64,000 nt of DNA from Clostridium sp. (lineage in GTDB: Bacteria > Bacillota > Clostridia > TANB77 > CAG-508): NCBI GenBank assembly GCA_052174015.1, contig JBQMXM010000004.1, forward strand, positions 10 through 64,009, in the 5' to 3' direction. A program made the translations under genes and the position numbers. Numbering within the stretch: the stretch's first letter is position 1; each line of letters opens with the position of its first letter. Below the pieces are notes generated by a model. The model was given only the letters and a program-made list of their open reading frames with translations. It made no database searches and was not told the DNA's origin. This document shows positions 1 through 10,572 of this stretch, piece by piece.

Positions 1-1391
1 CTTTAAAATATATAAAATATGCATAAATTTTAACTATATCTATAAGTGTTAATTTACCATCTTCTATATCATTTAAGATTTCTTCAATTATTTTAGGAAA
101 TTCATCATCAGAAATTTTCCAATATTCTTCTGTAAGTAATCTCTTATATCCAGGTAATTTTTTAGTATCTATTGTCATAATTATTTCTTCCATATCTTTC
201 TTAAATACTTTCATATCAAAAATTCTAGTTCTAATATATATTTCAATAAATTTAAAAAACTTATATTCTGATTTAAAATTATAATAATAATTATTATCAA
301 ATTCTTTAATATAGAATTGTTTATTATCTTTAAGTACTCTTGATGATACTAATAATTGCCTATATTCTTCATTATTTTTTATACTCTCAAACTTATATCT
401 AATTATTTTACCCGATTTTATTTCAAATGATGTTGCTATTGTAAATATTAACATTGTTTGAATAACTCTAAATGATGTATCTGGATATGCAAGATTTACT
501 ATATTAAATATCTTTTCAAAATCATTTAATGCGTGTTTTAAAATTCTTAGATTTCTAGTACCACTTCTCATAAACGTGTTTGTAATAATTCCGGTATTAC
601 TTCTTAAAAATCTAATTAATTCTTGATTTTTTTCATATCTTAATAATATACCATTAATAATATAATTGAATTTAGGTGCATATTCAAAAGTCTCACCTAT
701 TAATTTTTCTTTAATTCTTTCATAATCATTTGCTTTATCAAAAACTAATTCTGTTTTTTCTTTAATTTTTTCAACAAGTGGTATATCTTTCTTATTTAAT
801 TGTCCTTCTTTATCTAATATATATGTAGAGATAAATGTTTTAAACTCTATATTAGTATTTTTTAGTTTTGTTGCAAGTTCTTTTTCGTTACAGATTATAA
901 TTGTTTTAATATGGTCATGTTCTACAAACTTATTAATATATCCTAATATATCAATTACATCTACATTTGCTCTTTCTAAATCATCAAAACATAGCACCTT
1001 GTCTTCTGCTGAAAAAAATGTTTCATAATCTATTCTTTCTCCACCTTGTTTTAGTCCAAATATACTTGCCATATCCATACTAGTTTTAGCATATTCTGGT
1101 ATTTTTGAAATCTCTTTTTCTTGCATATATCTTTTTAAATGACGATCCATAAGTTGTGTTGTTTCTAAAAATATTTTTTTAGAAATTTCTTCTAAATTAG
1201 ATATTCCATATAGCGACATATATATCGGCTTATAGTTTTTACCATTTAATGTTAGGCTTTCAATCTTATTTTTAACCTTATTATTCCAAAAATGTGTTTT
1301 ACCACTTCCGCCATTCTCCATTTATCATTATTGCATAATCTGTATAATCTGCTCTTAAATAATCTAATATGCTTTCAATTAAATCTTCCAT
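1..1391 (-). pseudogene. KAP-family P-loop NTPase, frameshifted in the Walker A motif; 3' part runs off the window start
   Basis: Minus-strand ATG at 1389-1391 with an AGGAGAG RBS. The N-terminal fragment reads MEDLIESILDYLRADYTDYAIMINGEWRKW* and stops at 1299-1301. The next frame continues ...ENGGSGKTHFWNNKVKNKIESL... and stays open to position 1. Joining the two frames restores GEWGSGKT, the diagnostic KAP NTPase Walker A. Not in the ORF track because it runs off the window edge. Confidence 0.6.
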
Positions 1392-1399
1392 AACTCTCC

Positions 1400-2338
1400 T
1401 TACTTAGGTTTAAATATCTCATAAAAATTTTTAAATACATATCCTTCTTTTTTTAGTTTTTGTATTATTTTTTTAGTAGTTTCAGGTGTACTCTCTTTAT
1501 TACCTAAATCATGTAATAATACAATAAGTCCTATATCTTCTTTTCTTGTTTCTTCAAATTGTTCTAATTGTGATTCAACACTATTATATCCTTCAGCGTC
1601 TCCAGTCAAACAGTTCCAATTTAAAGAATATATTTTCTTTTCTTTTAATTTTTGTTTTGCTTTTGTCTTTACTTCTTGATAATATCCTCCATATGAACCA
1701 CCTGGAAATCTAAACAAATGTGTATTATATTCTGTTCCAAGCACTTTTTTTAGTTCTTTTTCTGTATTCTCAACTTCTTTTAAAACTGAATCTACACTAT
1801 CATATACTTTTGAATATTCATGTGTATAACTATGATTTGCTATATAATGACCTCTTTTGTGTATCTCCTTTATAATTTCAGGATATTTCTTTACATTTTT
1901 ACCAAGCACAAAAAATGTTGCAGGAACCTGTTCTTCTTTTAATACTTTTAAAACTTCTGGTGTTACACTTTTGGACGGACCATCATCAAATGTTAAATAT
2001 GCAACTTTTTGTTCTCCATAATATATTTTGTCTATTTCTTGTTCAAAATTCATACTATATTGTGGATATTTCCCTGGACTTAATCTTCTTTGTTTATCTT
2101 CATTTATTATATTTTTTGAACTATTATTTGTATTTTGACTTTCACTACCTATATTAGTATTTTCTTTTTGCATATTCACTAATTTCATATTTTGTTTATT
2201 AACACCTATAATTATAATTATTGATATTATTGAAATTATTATACAAGCACAAATTATATAGATATATTTTTTAGTATCAAAAACATTTCTTGTAATTTTT
2301 TCATATTCAAAAAATATCTCATTATTGTCTTCTAACAT
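1400..2338 (-). CDS. Polysaccharide/peptidoglycan deacetylase (NodB homology domain), N-terminal membrane anchor
   Basis: YLTFDDGPS...TFFVLGKNV...HSYTHE NodB motifs; hydrophobic segment near the N-terminus. Confidence 0.8.
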   Translation of the reverse strand: MLEDNNEIFFEYEKITRNVFDTKKYIYIICACIIISIISIIIIIGVNKQNMKLVNMQKENTNIGSESQNTNNSSKNIINEDKQRRLSPGKYPQYSMNFEQEIDKIYYGEQKVAYLTFDDGPSKSVTPEVLKVLKEEQVPATFFVLGKNVKKYPEIIKEIHKRGHYIANHSYTHEYSKVYDSVDSVLKEVENTEKELKKVLGTEYNTHLFRFPGGSYGGYYQEVKTKAKQKLKEKKIYSLNWNCLTGDAEGYNSVESQLEQFEETRKEDIGLIVLLHDLGNKESTPETTKKIIQKLKKEGYVFKNFYEIFKPK

Positions 2339-2350
2339 ATATCTTCCTAC

Positions 2351-3103
2351 CTAATAATCTATTGCTGTTAATTTAAAATCTACATAATCTGAAGATATTA
2401 AATGTAATTTTACTCCCATATATTCTCCATTTATTGCTTCTTTATGTCCTTTTTCGTGTAAATGTCCATAGTAACATACTGGTATTTTAGCTTTAGTAAT
2501 AGTCTTCATAAAATTAACTTCATCTGATTCTTTAATATCTTCTCTCTCTATATTTTGTCTATCATTTGATTTTAAATATGGTGGATAATGCATAACACAT
2601 ATTTTAACTATTTTATTTTTCTCTTCATCACTCAAATTATTAATCTGTTTTTCCATATCTTCAATTGAATTTTGAAGACGGATATTTTCTCTTCTAATAT
2701 TTTTGTAATTTTCAATATCTTTTCTATCCCAACCTTTTGTTCCACATATAGCGTAATTTTCAATAATATATGCATTATTTTGCATAAATGAGATATTTTT
2801 AATATTATGCTTTTTTAAGAATTCTAAATTTTTAGTTACACTTACCCACCAATAATCATGATTACCTTTTAAAAATATTTTTTTACCAGGAAGAGAATCA
2901 ATATATTTAAAATCTTCTAATGCTTCATCAAGTGTCATAGCCCATGAAAAATCTCCTGCAAGTATTACAGTGTCTTCCATTTTAACTTTTTCTTTCCAAT
3001 CTTTTAATATTTTTGTTTCATGATTATTCCATTTTTCACCAAATATATTCATCGGCTTATTTACTCCAAACGATAAATGTAAATCTCCAATTATATATAC
3101 CAT
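2351..3103 (-). CDS. Calcineurin-like metallophosphoesterase
   Basis: N-terminal GDLH(L) motif, GNHDYWW and GHLH motifs of the metallophosphoesterase fold. Confidence 0.7.
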   Translation of the reverse strand: MVYIIGDLHLSFGVNKPMNIFGEKWNNHETKILKDWKEKVKMEDTVILAGDFSWAMTLDEALEDFKYIDSLPGKKIFLKGNHDYWWVSVTKNLEFLKKHNIKNISFMQNNAYIIENYAICGTKGWDRKDIENYKNIRRENIRLQNSIEDMEKQINNLSDEEKNKIVKICVMHYPPYLKSNDRQNIEREDIKESDEVNFMKTITKAKIPVCYYGHLHEKGHKEAINGEYMGVKLHLISSDYVDFKLTAIDY

Positions 3104-3118
3104 TTTTCCTCTTTCTAA

Positions 3119-4123
3119 CTAAATACCTATTGGTAAATTAGGTTTTGCGTCTATATCATATTTGCTAAACATATTATTAATATAGTAATAATATGCTTGT
3201 GCTCCTATCATTGCTGCATTATCTGTACATAATACTAATGATGGATAATATATATTAATATTCTCTGTTTTTAACTTATCAAATTCACTTCTAATATATG
3301 AGTTTGCAGAAACTCCTCCTGCTAATACTAACTTATTTAAATTTAAATCTGTTAATGCTTTTTTTGCTTTGTTTACTAATATTTCTGTTACTCTATGTTG
3401 AAAACTTGCACTTAAATCTGCTATATCAAGTTTTTCTTTACTATTATGATTTAAATTAATTATAGCTGTTTTTATTCCACTAAAACTAAAATCGTATCCA
3501 TCCACTTTAGGTATTGGTATTTTATCAATATATGTAGTTTTACCTTGTTTAGCAGCTTTATCTATTTTAGGCCCTCCTGGATATCCAAGACCTACAACGC
3601 GTGCTACTTTATCAAAAGCTTCACCTATTGCATCATCTTTTGTCCTACCTATAATATCAAATTTTGTATAATCTTTAACATGTACTAAATGTGTATGTCC
3701 ACCTGATACTATTAATGCTAAAAATGGTGGAGTAAGTTCTTTATACTCTATATAGTTTGCTGCAATATGCCCTTCTAAATGATGTACTCCAAGTAGTGGA
3801 ATATTATTCATATATGCAAATGTTTTAGCAAATGATACTCCAACAAGTAATGCTCCAACAAGACCAGGACCTTTTGTTACAGCTACTGCTGATATATCTT
3901 TAATAGTAATTCCTGCATCTTTAATTGCTTTATCAACTACATTTGAAATAGCTTCTATATGCATTCTTGAAGCTATTTCTGGTACAACTCCACCATATTT
4001 TTCATGTTCTGAAATTTGTGATGATATTATATTTGATAATACTTTTCTTCCATTTAAAACTATAGCACAAGATGTTTCATCACAACTTGATTCTATAGCT
4101 AATATATAGATGTTTTTCTCCAT
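3119..4123 (-). CDS. tsaD: tRNA N6-adenosine threonylcarbamoyltransferase TsaD
   Basis: ILAIESSCDETSCAIV N-terminus, GVHHLEGH metal-binding motif, Kae1/TsaD family length. Confidence 0.9.
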   Translation of the reverse strand: MEKNIYILAIESSCDETSCAIVLNGRKVLSNIISSQISEHEKYGGVVPEIASRMHIEAISNVVDKAIKDAGITIKDISAVAVTKGPGLVGALLVGVSFAKTFAYMNNIPLLGVHHLEGHIAANYIEYKELTPPFLALIVSGGHTHLVHVKDYTKFDIIGRTKDDAIGEAFDKVARVVGLGYPGGPKIDKAAKQGKTTYIDKIPIPKVDGYDFSFSGIKTAIINLNHNSKEKLDIADLSASFQHRVTEILVNKAKKALTDLNLNKLVLAGGVSANSYIRSEFDKLKTENINIYYPSLVLCTDNAAMIGAQAYYYYINNMFSKYDIDAKPNLPIGI

Positions 4124-4248
4124 ATTTTTCTCCTTATTACTATTATATAATATTATTATTTTTTTTAAAAGTCTTTTAAAATTATTATTATACTAAATAG
4201 TTTAAAATAATAAAAATATAAGAAAAATACAAATAGTATAAATAGATA

Positions 4249-4524
4249 CTACTTGCATTTTATTTTTATAGATTTTCTTTTTTTCTTACCAAAGCATATA
4301 AGTTTGATTAATTTTTCTGTTGACTTTGGAATCTTTCCTTTAATAATTAAGCAATTGATTTTTCTTTTCATTTTAACTGTTGCTTGAATTTTAATATCAC
4401 AACAATCACATAATAGGAAAAATTCTAGTTCTTCTAATAATTTTTCCTTTTGTTTAATATCATTATTTTTTTTGATTTCTTTAAGTAAATCAATTACTTT
4501 TAAAATAATTACTTCCGAATCCAC
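4249..4524 (-). CDS. Small lysine-rich hypothetical protein (91 aa), GTG start
   Basis: ORF preceded by AGGAGGG 7 nt upstream of a GTG start. CDCCD cysteine cluster and a very basic C-terminus. No recognisable family. Confidence 0.35.
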   Translation of the reverse strand: MDSEVIILKVIDLLKEIKKNNDIKQKEKLLEELEFFLLCDCCDIKIQATVKMKRKINCLIIKGKIPKSTEKLIKLICFGKKKRKSIKIKCK

Positions 4525-4652
4525 TTAAAATCCCTCCTAACAACTATATCTATAGTTATTATTACATATTGTATATATTATTTATTATCAATTAACATAT
4601 ATATATTAACATATATTTCATATTATATCAAATTATATCAACTAAGGTTACT

Positions 4653-5954
4653 TTAATTTTTTATACATAATAGTATATCTATTTCTTTATATTTTCTTTC
4701 AGCCTCTTTTATTTCATCTATTTTTTTAATGTTTAAGTCTGATATATTTAATATTTCATTAAATATTTTTTGTAATTGCTTTTGTTTATTAAGTATATCT
4801 TTTATATAGATTTTTGGTTTTTCATAATCTAATACTGTTATTTTTATATTTGTTTTATCACTTATTTTATTGTTTGTTTTATTATTTATTTGAATATTAC
4901 ATATTGGTCTAATCTTATTTTCTAATTTTTTAGATATTTTTTTATCTACATCTAATATATTTAATATACTTTTATCTATATTAGATATAGTATTTATATC
5001 ATCTATACCTCTATCTTTTTGTACATTATTAATATAGTTTAATAATATATTTTTAAAGTTATTTTTAAAATGATTAGTATTTGCATAATTACAATAATTA
5101 ATTTCTTTATCATTATATTCACCATAATGATATCCACTATATATAGCTATATCATCTGTAAATATTATTGGATATTCTTTTATTTCTACACTATTTTCTA
5201 ATTTACAATTAATTATATCATCATAATTTTTAAAATAATAATACATTTCTATTATATCTAAATTATACCAAATATTATCAACTAAAATTAAATTCCAAGC
5301 ATGCATTCCTTCTCCATTTTCATCTTTGTTATATCCTGTAATTATTGCAGAATCTAAATTTAAATATTTTGAAAGTACATAAAATATTATTGATATCCCT
5401 GAACATACAGCTTTTTTAATAATTATACTACCAAAAAGTGATAATTCAAATTCTCTAACATATTTTTCTGTATATTCATTAGTTAAGTATTTACTCATAT
5501 ATAGTCTATCTAAAGTATAATTAAATGATATATTTTCTATCATGTATTTTAATATATATCTTAGTTTTAATTTATCATTTATTTCTTTTTCATCTTTTAA
5601 TATTTGATTTTTAATATCTTCACCTACTTTAATATATTCTTTTAAAGATAATTTAAAATTTTTATAACTAATTGGCATTTTAAAAATTCCATCTATTTCA
5701 GTCAATATCACATTTATATCTATATTTAATTTATCTTGTATTTTATCTAATATTATAAAGTGTTTTTCTTGTATTTCAAAAATATCAAGTACAATAACCC
5801 TTATATTTAGTATATCATCATACTCTTTTTTTCTTTTACATATTTTTTCATATACTATATCATCTATTTTTTCTATATCTTCTTTAAACATCATTAATGT
5901 TTGTTTATCTACTTTTTTATCTACTTCTTCAATTATATCTTTTAATATTATCAT
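4653..5954 (-). CDS. Transglutaminase-like (papain-fold) domain protein
   Basis: Central Cys...His...Asp triad in the transglutaminase-like arrangement (AVCSGISIIF ... GMHAWNLILVD ... WYNLD). Flanked by low-complexity K/N/I-rich regions. Confidence 0.55.
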   Translation of the reverse strand: MIILKDIIEEVDKKVDKQTLMMFKEDIEKIDDIVYEKICKRKKEYDDILNIRVIVLDIFEIQEKHFIILDKIQDKLNIDINVILTEIDGIFKMPISYKNFKLSLKEYIKVGEDIKNQILKDEKEINDKLKLRYILKYMIENISFNYTLDRLYMSKYLTNEYTEKYVREFELSLFGSIIIKKAVCSGISIIFYVLSKYLNLDSAIITGYNKDENGEGMHAWNLILVDNIWYNLDIIEMYYYFKNYDDIINCKLENSVEIKEYPIIFTDDIAIYSGYHYGEYNDKEINYCNYANTNHFKNNFKNILLNYINNVQKDRGIDDINTISNIDKSILNILDVDKKISKKLENKIRPICNIQINNKTNNKISDKTNIKITVLDYEKPKIYIKDILNKQKQLQKIFNEILNISDLNIKKIDEIKEAERKYKEIDILLCIKN

Positions 5955-6053
5955 TAAATTCTCCTTTTAAAGATATTACTTTAATATATTAAATATATTA
6001 CTTGTACATATTACAAAAGAGGTTAATATTAACCTCTTCCTATTATATACAAC

Positions 6054-6359
6054 TTAGTTAAATAAATCTAATATATTTTGTTTTGATTGTACTCCAGATA
6101 TTCTGTTTAATTCTTTTCCGTCTTCATATGCTATAAATGTTGGAACAGATACTATTCCATTTTCTATTGCTAATTTATCAAATTTGTCTATATCTATTCT
6201 AATTACTTTGATATCTGTGTTGTTACCTATTTCTTCAATAACTGGAGTTACCATTTTACAAGGCATACACCATGTTGCAAAAAAGTTTAATATTACTTTT
6301 CCCTCTTTTTTTAATTCTTCTACTTGTTCTAATTCTTGTTCTTCTAATATTTTTAACAT
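6054..6359 (-). CDS. Thioredoxin with non-canonical WCMPC active site
   Basis: FFATWCMPCKM in a 101-aa thioredoxin-fold protein. Hairpin terminator GAGGTTAATATTAACCTC downstream. Confidence 0.8.
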   Translation of the reverse strand: MLKILEEQELEQVEELKKEGKVILNFFATWCMPCKMVTPVIEEIGNNTDIKVIRIDIDKFDKLAIENGIVSVPTFIAYEDGKELNRISGVQSKQNILDLFN

Positions 6360-6367
6360 AATCCCCC

Positions 6368-6892
6368 CTATTTTTCTAATGATTCATAAAATTCTTTTAT
6401 CTGATTTGCTTCTTTATATCCTACAGAATATTTAATAGCTTTTCCTTTTTTTATAGCAACTATTGTAGGCATTGCACGAATATTAAGTTTAGATGCAAGT
6501 TCTCTTTCTTTATCTACATCTATCTTATATATTGGTACACCTAGCTTTTTTGCTTTTGTAACTTCTGGTGTCATTCTAATACATGGACCACACCATGTTG
6601 CATAAAAATCTATTAATACTGTTTTATCTTCTTTAATTAAGTTCTCATATTTAGCTTTATCTAATTCTTCTACTATTGTATCTTCTTCTGCTTGTTCTGT
6701 TTGATTACTCTCTTCCTTTATATTTCTATCTAAATAACTTTTTGCGTTTTTTTGTGTTGTTACTTCTTGTTTTTTAGCAAAGATTTTTTCAGATAGATTT
6801 AATTTATTATATATTAATACTAAAATTAGTATTAGAGCAATAATTAATAATAATATAATTATTGTATTAAGTTTTTTGTTTTTTAATTTCAT
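6368..6892 (-). CDS. Membrane-anchored thioredoxin-domain protein (WCGPC)
   Basis: N-terminal TM helix, then FYATWCGPCIRM thioredoxin motif. Extracytoplasmic thiol-disulfide oxidoreductase type. Confidence 0.75.
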   Translation of the reverse strand: MKLKNKKLNTIIILLLIIALILILVLIYNKLNLSEKIFAKKQEVTTQKNAKSYLDRNIKEESNQTEQAEEDTIVEELDKAKYENLIKEDKTVLIDFYATWCGPCIRMTPEVTKAKKLGVPIYKIDVDKERELASKLNIRAMPTIVAIKKGKAIKYSVGYKEANQIKEFYESLEK

Positions 6893-6899
6893 ATTCCTC

Positions 6900-7559
6900 C
6901 TAATATATTGTAAGTAATACTTGTATTAATGAATATAGTCCACTTAATATTAATAATAATCCTGATAATATGTTGATTATATTATAATTTTGTTTAATTA
7001 TTTTAAATAATTTTTGTAACTTGCTAATAAATAATCCACTAAGTAACATAGGAATACCTATTCCAAGTGAAAACATAATTAAAAGAACTACTCCTTCTAT
7101 TAATGTTTTTGCTTCTGAAGCTTTTCCAAGTGCTGAAGCTAAATATGCTCCTGTACATGGTGAATATACTGCTCCAAAACCTAATCCAAATACAAGTGAT
7201 TCTAAATATGATAAATTTTCTTTTTGTTTTTTAGATGCCCTAAAATCTTTATTTAATATACCTATTCTAATTATTCCTGTATAATTTATACCTAATAATA
7301 TTATAAATATTGCAAAAAATATTTTTAAATATATTTGATATGCTCCAAATACCATAGTAAGTACATTTACAAGTACTCCTAGTATTACAAATACTATTGT
7401 AAATCCTAATATAAATAATAGGAGTTTTTTAATAAGTACTTTCATCTCTTGATTACCTTGTTTTGTAAAATACCCTAAAAGTATTGGTAACATAGGTAAT
7501 ATACATGGGGATATAAAACTAAGTATCCCCTCTAAAAAAACATATATGTAATTTAACAT
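6900..7559 (-). CDS. ccdA: Cytochrome c-type biogenesis/thiol-disulfide interchange membrane protein CcdA (DsbD family)
   Basis: Multi-TM protein with the two conserved Cys motifs (ISPCILPMLP and YSPCTGAYL) typical of CcdA. Confidence 0.85.
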   Translation of the reverse strand: MLNYIYVFLEGILSFISPCILPMLPILLGYFTKQGNQEMKVLIKKLLLFILGFTIVFVILGVLVNVLTMVFGAYQIYLKIFFAIFIILLGINYTGIIRIGILNKDFRASKKQKENLSYLESLVFGLGFGAVYSPCTGAYLASALGKASEAKTLIEGVVLLIMFSLGIGIPMLLSGLFISKLQKLFKIIKQNYNIINILSGLLLILSGLYSLIQVLLTIY

Positions 7560-7567
7560 ATTACTCC

Positions 7568-8107
7568 TTAATAATTTTCAGCCATTATTTCAAAATATGC
7601 TTTTGGATGTGAGCATACAGGGCATAAGTTTGGTGCTTCTTGTCCATAGTGAATGTGTCCACAATTTCTACATATCCAAACTAATTCTTCTCCTCTTTTA
7701 AACACCATATCATCTTCTATATTTTTTAAGAATTTTAAATATCTTTTTTCATGAGCTGATTCTACTTTTGCAACTCCATCAAATAATTTAGCTATATCTT
7801 CAAATCCTTCTTCTCTAGCTGTTTTAGCAAATTCATCATACATTATATTTACTTCATAATTTTCTCCATTTGCTGCATCTTTTAAATTTTCTGTTGTTGT
7901 TGGTATTGTACCACCATGTAATAATTTAAACCATAATTTAGCATGTTCTTTTTCATTTCTTGATGTTTCTTCAAACACACCTTTTATTTGTTCGTATCCT
8001 TCTTTTTTTGCTTTACTTGCATAGTATAAATATTTTACTGATGCTTGTGATTCTCCTGCAAATGCAGTCATTAAATTTTTCTCTGTTTTACTACCTTTTA
8101 ATTCCAT
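7568..8107 (-). CDS. rbr: Rubrerythrin
   Basis: N-terminal ferritin-like diiron domain (KTEKNLMTAFAGESQA) plus C-terminal rubredoxin-like CRNCG...CPVC. Confidence 0.9.
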   Translation of the reverse strand: MELKGSKTEKNLMTAFAGESQASVKYLYYASKAKKEGYEQIKGVFEETSRNEKEHAKLWFKLLHGGTIPTTTENLKDAANGENYEVNIMYDEFAKTAREEGFEDIAKLFDGVAKVESAHEKRYLKFLKNIEDDMVFKRGEELVWICRNCGHIHYGQEAPNLCPVCSHPKAYFEIMAENY

Positions 8108-8196
8108 AATTTTCTCCTTTTTAATTGATTTACTAAACTATAACAAAAAAAGTTACAGAAGTCAAGTACTGTAACTTTTATTTTTTATATTTTATT

Positions 8197-9561
8197 TTAA
8201 TCTTTTATCTTCCATATACCTTCACTTTGTTTTTCAAGCATTTTTCCATCTAAGTATACTACAGGTCTTAAAAATTGGGCACTCGTTGAAAAACTCACAA
8301 GAGGACGATGACTAACGAGAGTATCACCCCAGACAGAACTAGAACGCACATAACGAACATTAAATTCTGGATCACTCATATTAACAAAAATACAAGGAGA
8401 AGCAAGAAAATATGAATTATCTTTGAATATATAATTCTTTAACTTGGTCTTGTTTTCTTTTACATCTATATCTGGTACTAATTCTTCACTGTATCCTGAA
8501 TTAGAAGTTATAGAATAAAATTCATTATCAAATTTTTTTATATCTTTACCAGTTCCATATTCGACATAATAACCATTTATTGTTGGATATCTTTCTTCTC
8601 TACTTTTTACACCAGGTTTATAAAATATATCCAATAATTTCTTTTCTGCATCCGTAAAGTCTGTATATGCTTCACCTTTCATTATCTTAACAATGTCTTC
8701 CATTGTCATACTTCTTGCACCAGACCCTATTAATATTCTTGTTTGTGCTTCACCGGGCACTTGATAATTTCCTATTTGATAGGTCGTAACAACTTGTTTA
8801 GCACCTTTCCCATATCCATATATACTACATGCTTTATGCAACTCTTCTTCTGCATATAACCAACCTATACCACCTTTTAATGTAAATTTGTTTGCTTCTT
8901 CTCCTCCTGTTACTTCTTTCACTGGTTCTTTTGACATTACCTTTATTTGATTATTATGAATTGATATTACAACCCATTCTTTAGCAGTTTGGTCTATTGT
9001 TACTGTTTGTGTACCATATCCATTACCACTTGTTTTTGCAGTTCCTTTTTGTGAAGTATATGTCAGTTTAGATGTATCTGTAACACCTTTTGTTGGGTTA
9101 TAAATTATTGTATCTCCTACCTTTAAATCCTTTGGTATTGTTGGTGGTGGAGTCGGTGGAGTTGGTGGTGTTGATGGTGGTTGGTACTTAAACCAATCAT
9201 CATATTGTGCTTTAGTTATATTTGTTTTTTGATTATTATAGTATAATATATTGTTTTTAAACTCAAATGTTCCACCAACTTTTTGTTCAAACTCTGTAGC
9301 ATTTGGAGGAGTATTATCTTGTGTATTTAAATCACTTGATAATTTTTTACCATCTAAATAGTGTTCTTTTTCTTCTCTTAACTGTTCTGTTATTGTTGCA
9401 ACTTTTGTATTTTTAGTTAAGTCTATAAATTGATTATTAACCACTAATACTGTTATTATTGTTGCAAGTATCATTAATATCACTATTGTTAAAACTAATG
9501 ATATTAATGTTATTGCATTTCTATTATTTTTTTGTTTTATTATATATTCTTTTGTAATCAT
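8197..9561 (-). CDS. Secreted/surface protein, paralog 1 of a three-member family (prepilin-leader-like N-terminus, conserved core domain, WKIKD C-terminus)
   Basis: N-terminal basic leader then a 25-aa hydrophobic segment (NAITLISLVLTIVILMILA). PT-rich linker (PPSTPPTPPTPPPT). Core GDTIIYNPTKGV...SKLTYTSQKGTAKTSGNGYG...NNQIKVMSKEP...GGIGWLYAEEELHKACSIYGYGKG...SGARSMTMEDIVKIMKGE...TDFTD and C-terminal FLRPVVYLDGKMLEK...WKIKD, shared with ORFs at 56208 and 57800. Hairpin terminator at 8149-8178. Confidence 0.6.
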   Translation of the reverse strand: MITKEYIIKQKNNRNAITLISLVLTIVILMILATIITVLVVNNQFIDLTKNTKVATITEQLREEKEHYLDGKKLSSDLNTQDNTPPNATEFEQKVGGTFEFKNNILYYNNQKTNITKAQYDDWFKYQPPSTPPTPPTPPPTIPKDLKVGDTIIYNPTKGVTDTSKLTYTSQKGTAKTSGNGYGTQTVTIDQTAKEWVVISIHNNQIKVMSKEPVKEVTGGEEANKFTLKGGIGWLYAEEELHKACSIYGYGKGAKQVVTTYQIGNYQVPGEAQTRILIGSGARSMTMEDIVKIMKGEAYTDFTDAEKKLLDIFYKPGVKSREERYPTINGYYVEYGTGKDIKKFDNEFYSITSNSGYSEELVPDIDVKENKTKLKNYIFKDNSYFLASPCIFVNMSDPEFNVRYVRSSSVWGDTLVSHRPLVSFSTSAQFLRPVVYLDGKMLEKQSEGIWKIKD

Positions 9562-9581
9562 ATTTACCTACTTTATATATA

Positions 9582-10571
9582 TTATTCTTCTCTTAGTGTT
9601 CTATTCATTAATTTACTAATTGCATATTCTACTTGTACATTTTCAAATACTACTGAATATACTGCATTTAATATTGGCATTTCTACACCTATTTTGTCTG
9701 CTATTTTTTTAGCTATTTCTAAGTTTTGGATTGACTCTACTACCATACCTATTTCTGTTTCTATTTCGTCTTTTTTTAATCCTTTTGCAAGTAACATACC
9801 TGCTCGTCTATTCCTACTATGCATACTTGAACAAGTAACTATTAAGTCTCCAAGTCCTGAAAGTCCATATATTGTTTTTTCTTTTCCACCTAACTTTACT
9901 GCAAATCTTGATATTTCCACAAGTCCTCTTGTACATAATGCTGCAAATGTATTATCTCCTTGTTTTAACTCTACACATATTCCTGCACAAAATGCAATTA
10001 TATTTTTTAATGCTCCACCTATTTCTGCTCCTATTATATCATTACTTTCATATACTCTAACAATATTTGTATCAAATAATTTAACAATTTGTTTCCTTAA
10101 TTTATCATTTTCTGATGCAATAATTATTGCTGACTTAATATCTTGTGATATTTCTTCTGCATGTGTAGGACCAGTTAGCACCCCTATATTGTTAGGATTC
10201 ATATGTTTTTTAAATACATTATATAGTATTGTTTCTTCTGTTTTATCAAATCCTTTTGAACATATTACTACATATGCATCTTCTTTTAAATATTTACTAT
10301 ATTGTATATGTATATCTTTTGCAAATGCAGATGGTGTTACATGTATGATTATATCTTTATCTTCTACTGCTTCTTTTAATGAATTTGTTGCATATATATT
10401 ATTTGGGAATACTATATTTTTTAAATATTTTGTTTGTTTATTTGTATTAAACATTTCTACTTCATCTATACTATATCCCCAGACAGTTATTGTTTCTTCT
10501 GGATTTTTCAGTGCAAAATGTCTTGAAAGTGATAATCCAAAACTTCCGAGTCCTATTATTCCTATTTTCAT
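9582..10571 (-). CDS. gpsA: NAD(P)H-dependent glycerol-3-phosphate dehydrogenase
   Basis: MKIGIIGLGSFG Rossmann N-terminus and GpsA family architecture and length. Confidence 0.9.
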   Translation of the reverse strand: MKIGIIGLGSFGLSLSRHFALKNPEETITVWGYSIDEVEMFNTNKQTKYLKNIVFPNNIYATNSLKEAVEDKDIIIHVTPSAFAKDIHIQYSKYLKEDAYVVICSKGFDKTEETILYNVFKKHMNPNNIGVLTGPTHAEEISQDIKSAIIIASENDKLRKQIVKLFDTNIVRVYESNDIIGAEIGGALKNIIAFCAGICVELKQGDNTFAALCTRGLVEISRFAVKLGGKEKTIYGLSGLGDLIVTCSSMHSRNRRAGMLLAKGLKKDEIETEIGMVVESIQNLEIAKKIADKIGVEMPILNAVYSVVFENVQVEYAISKLMNRTLREE

Positions 10572-10572
10572 A

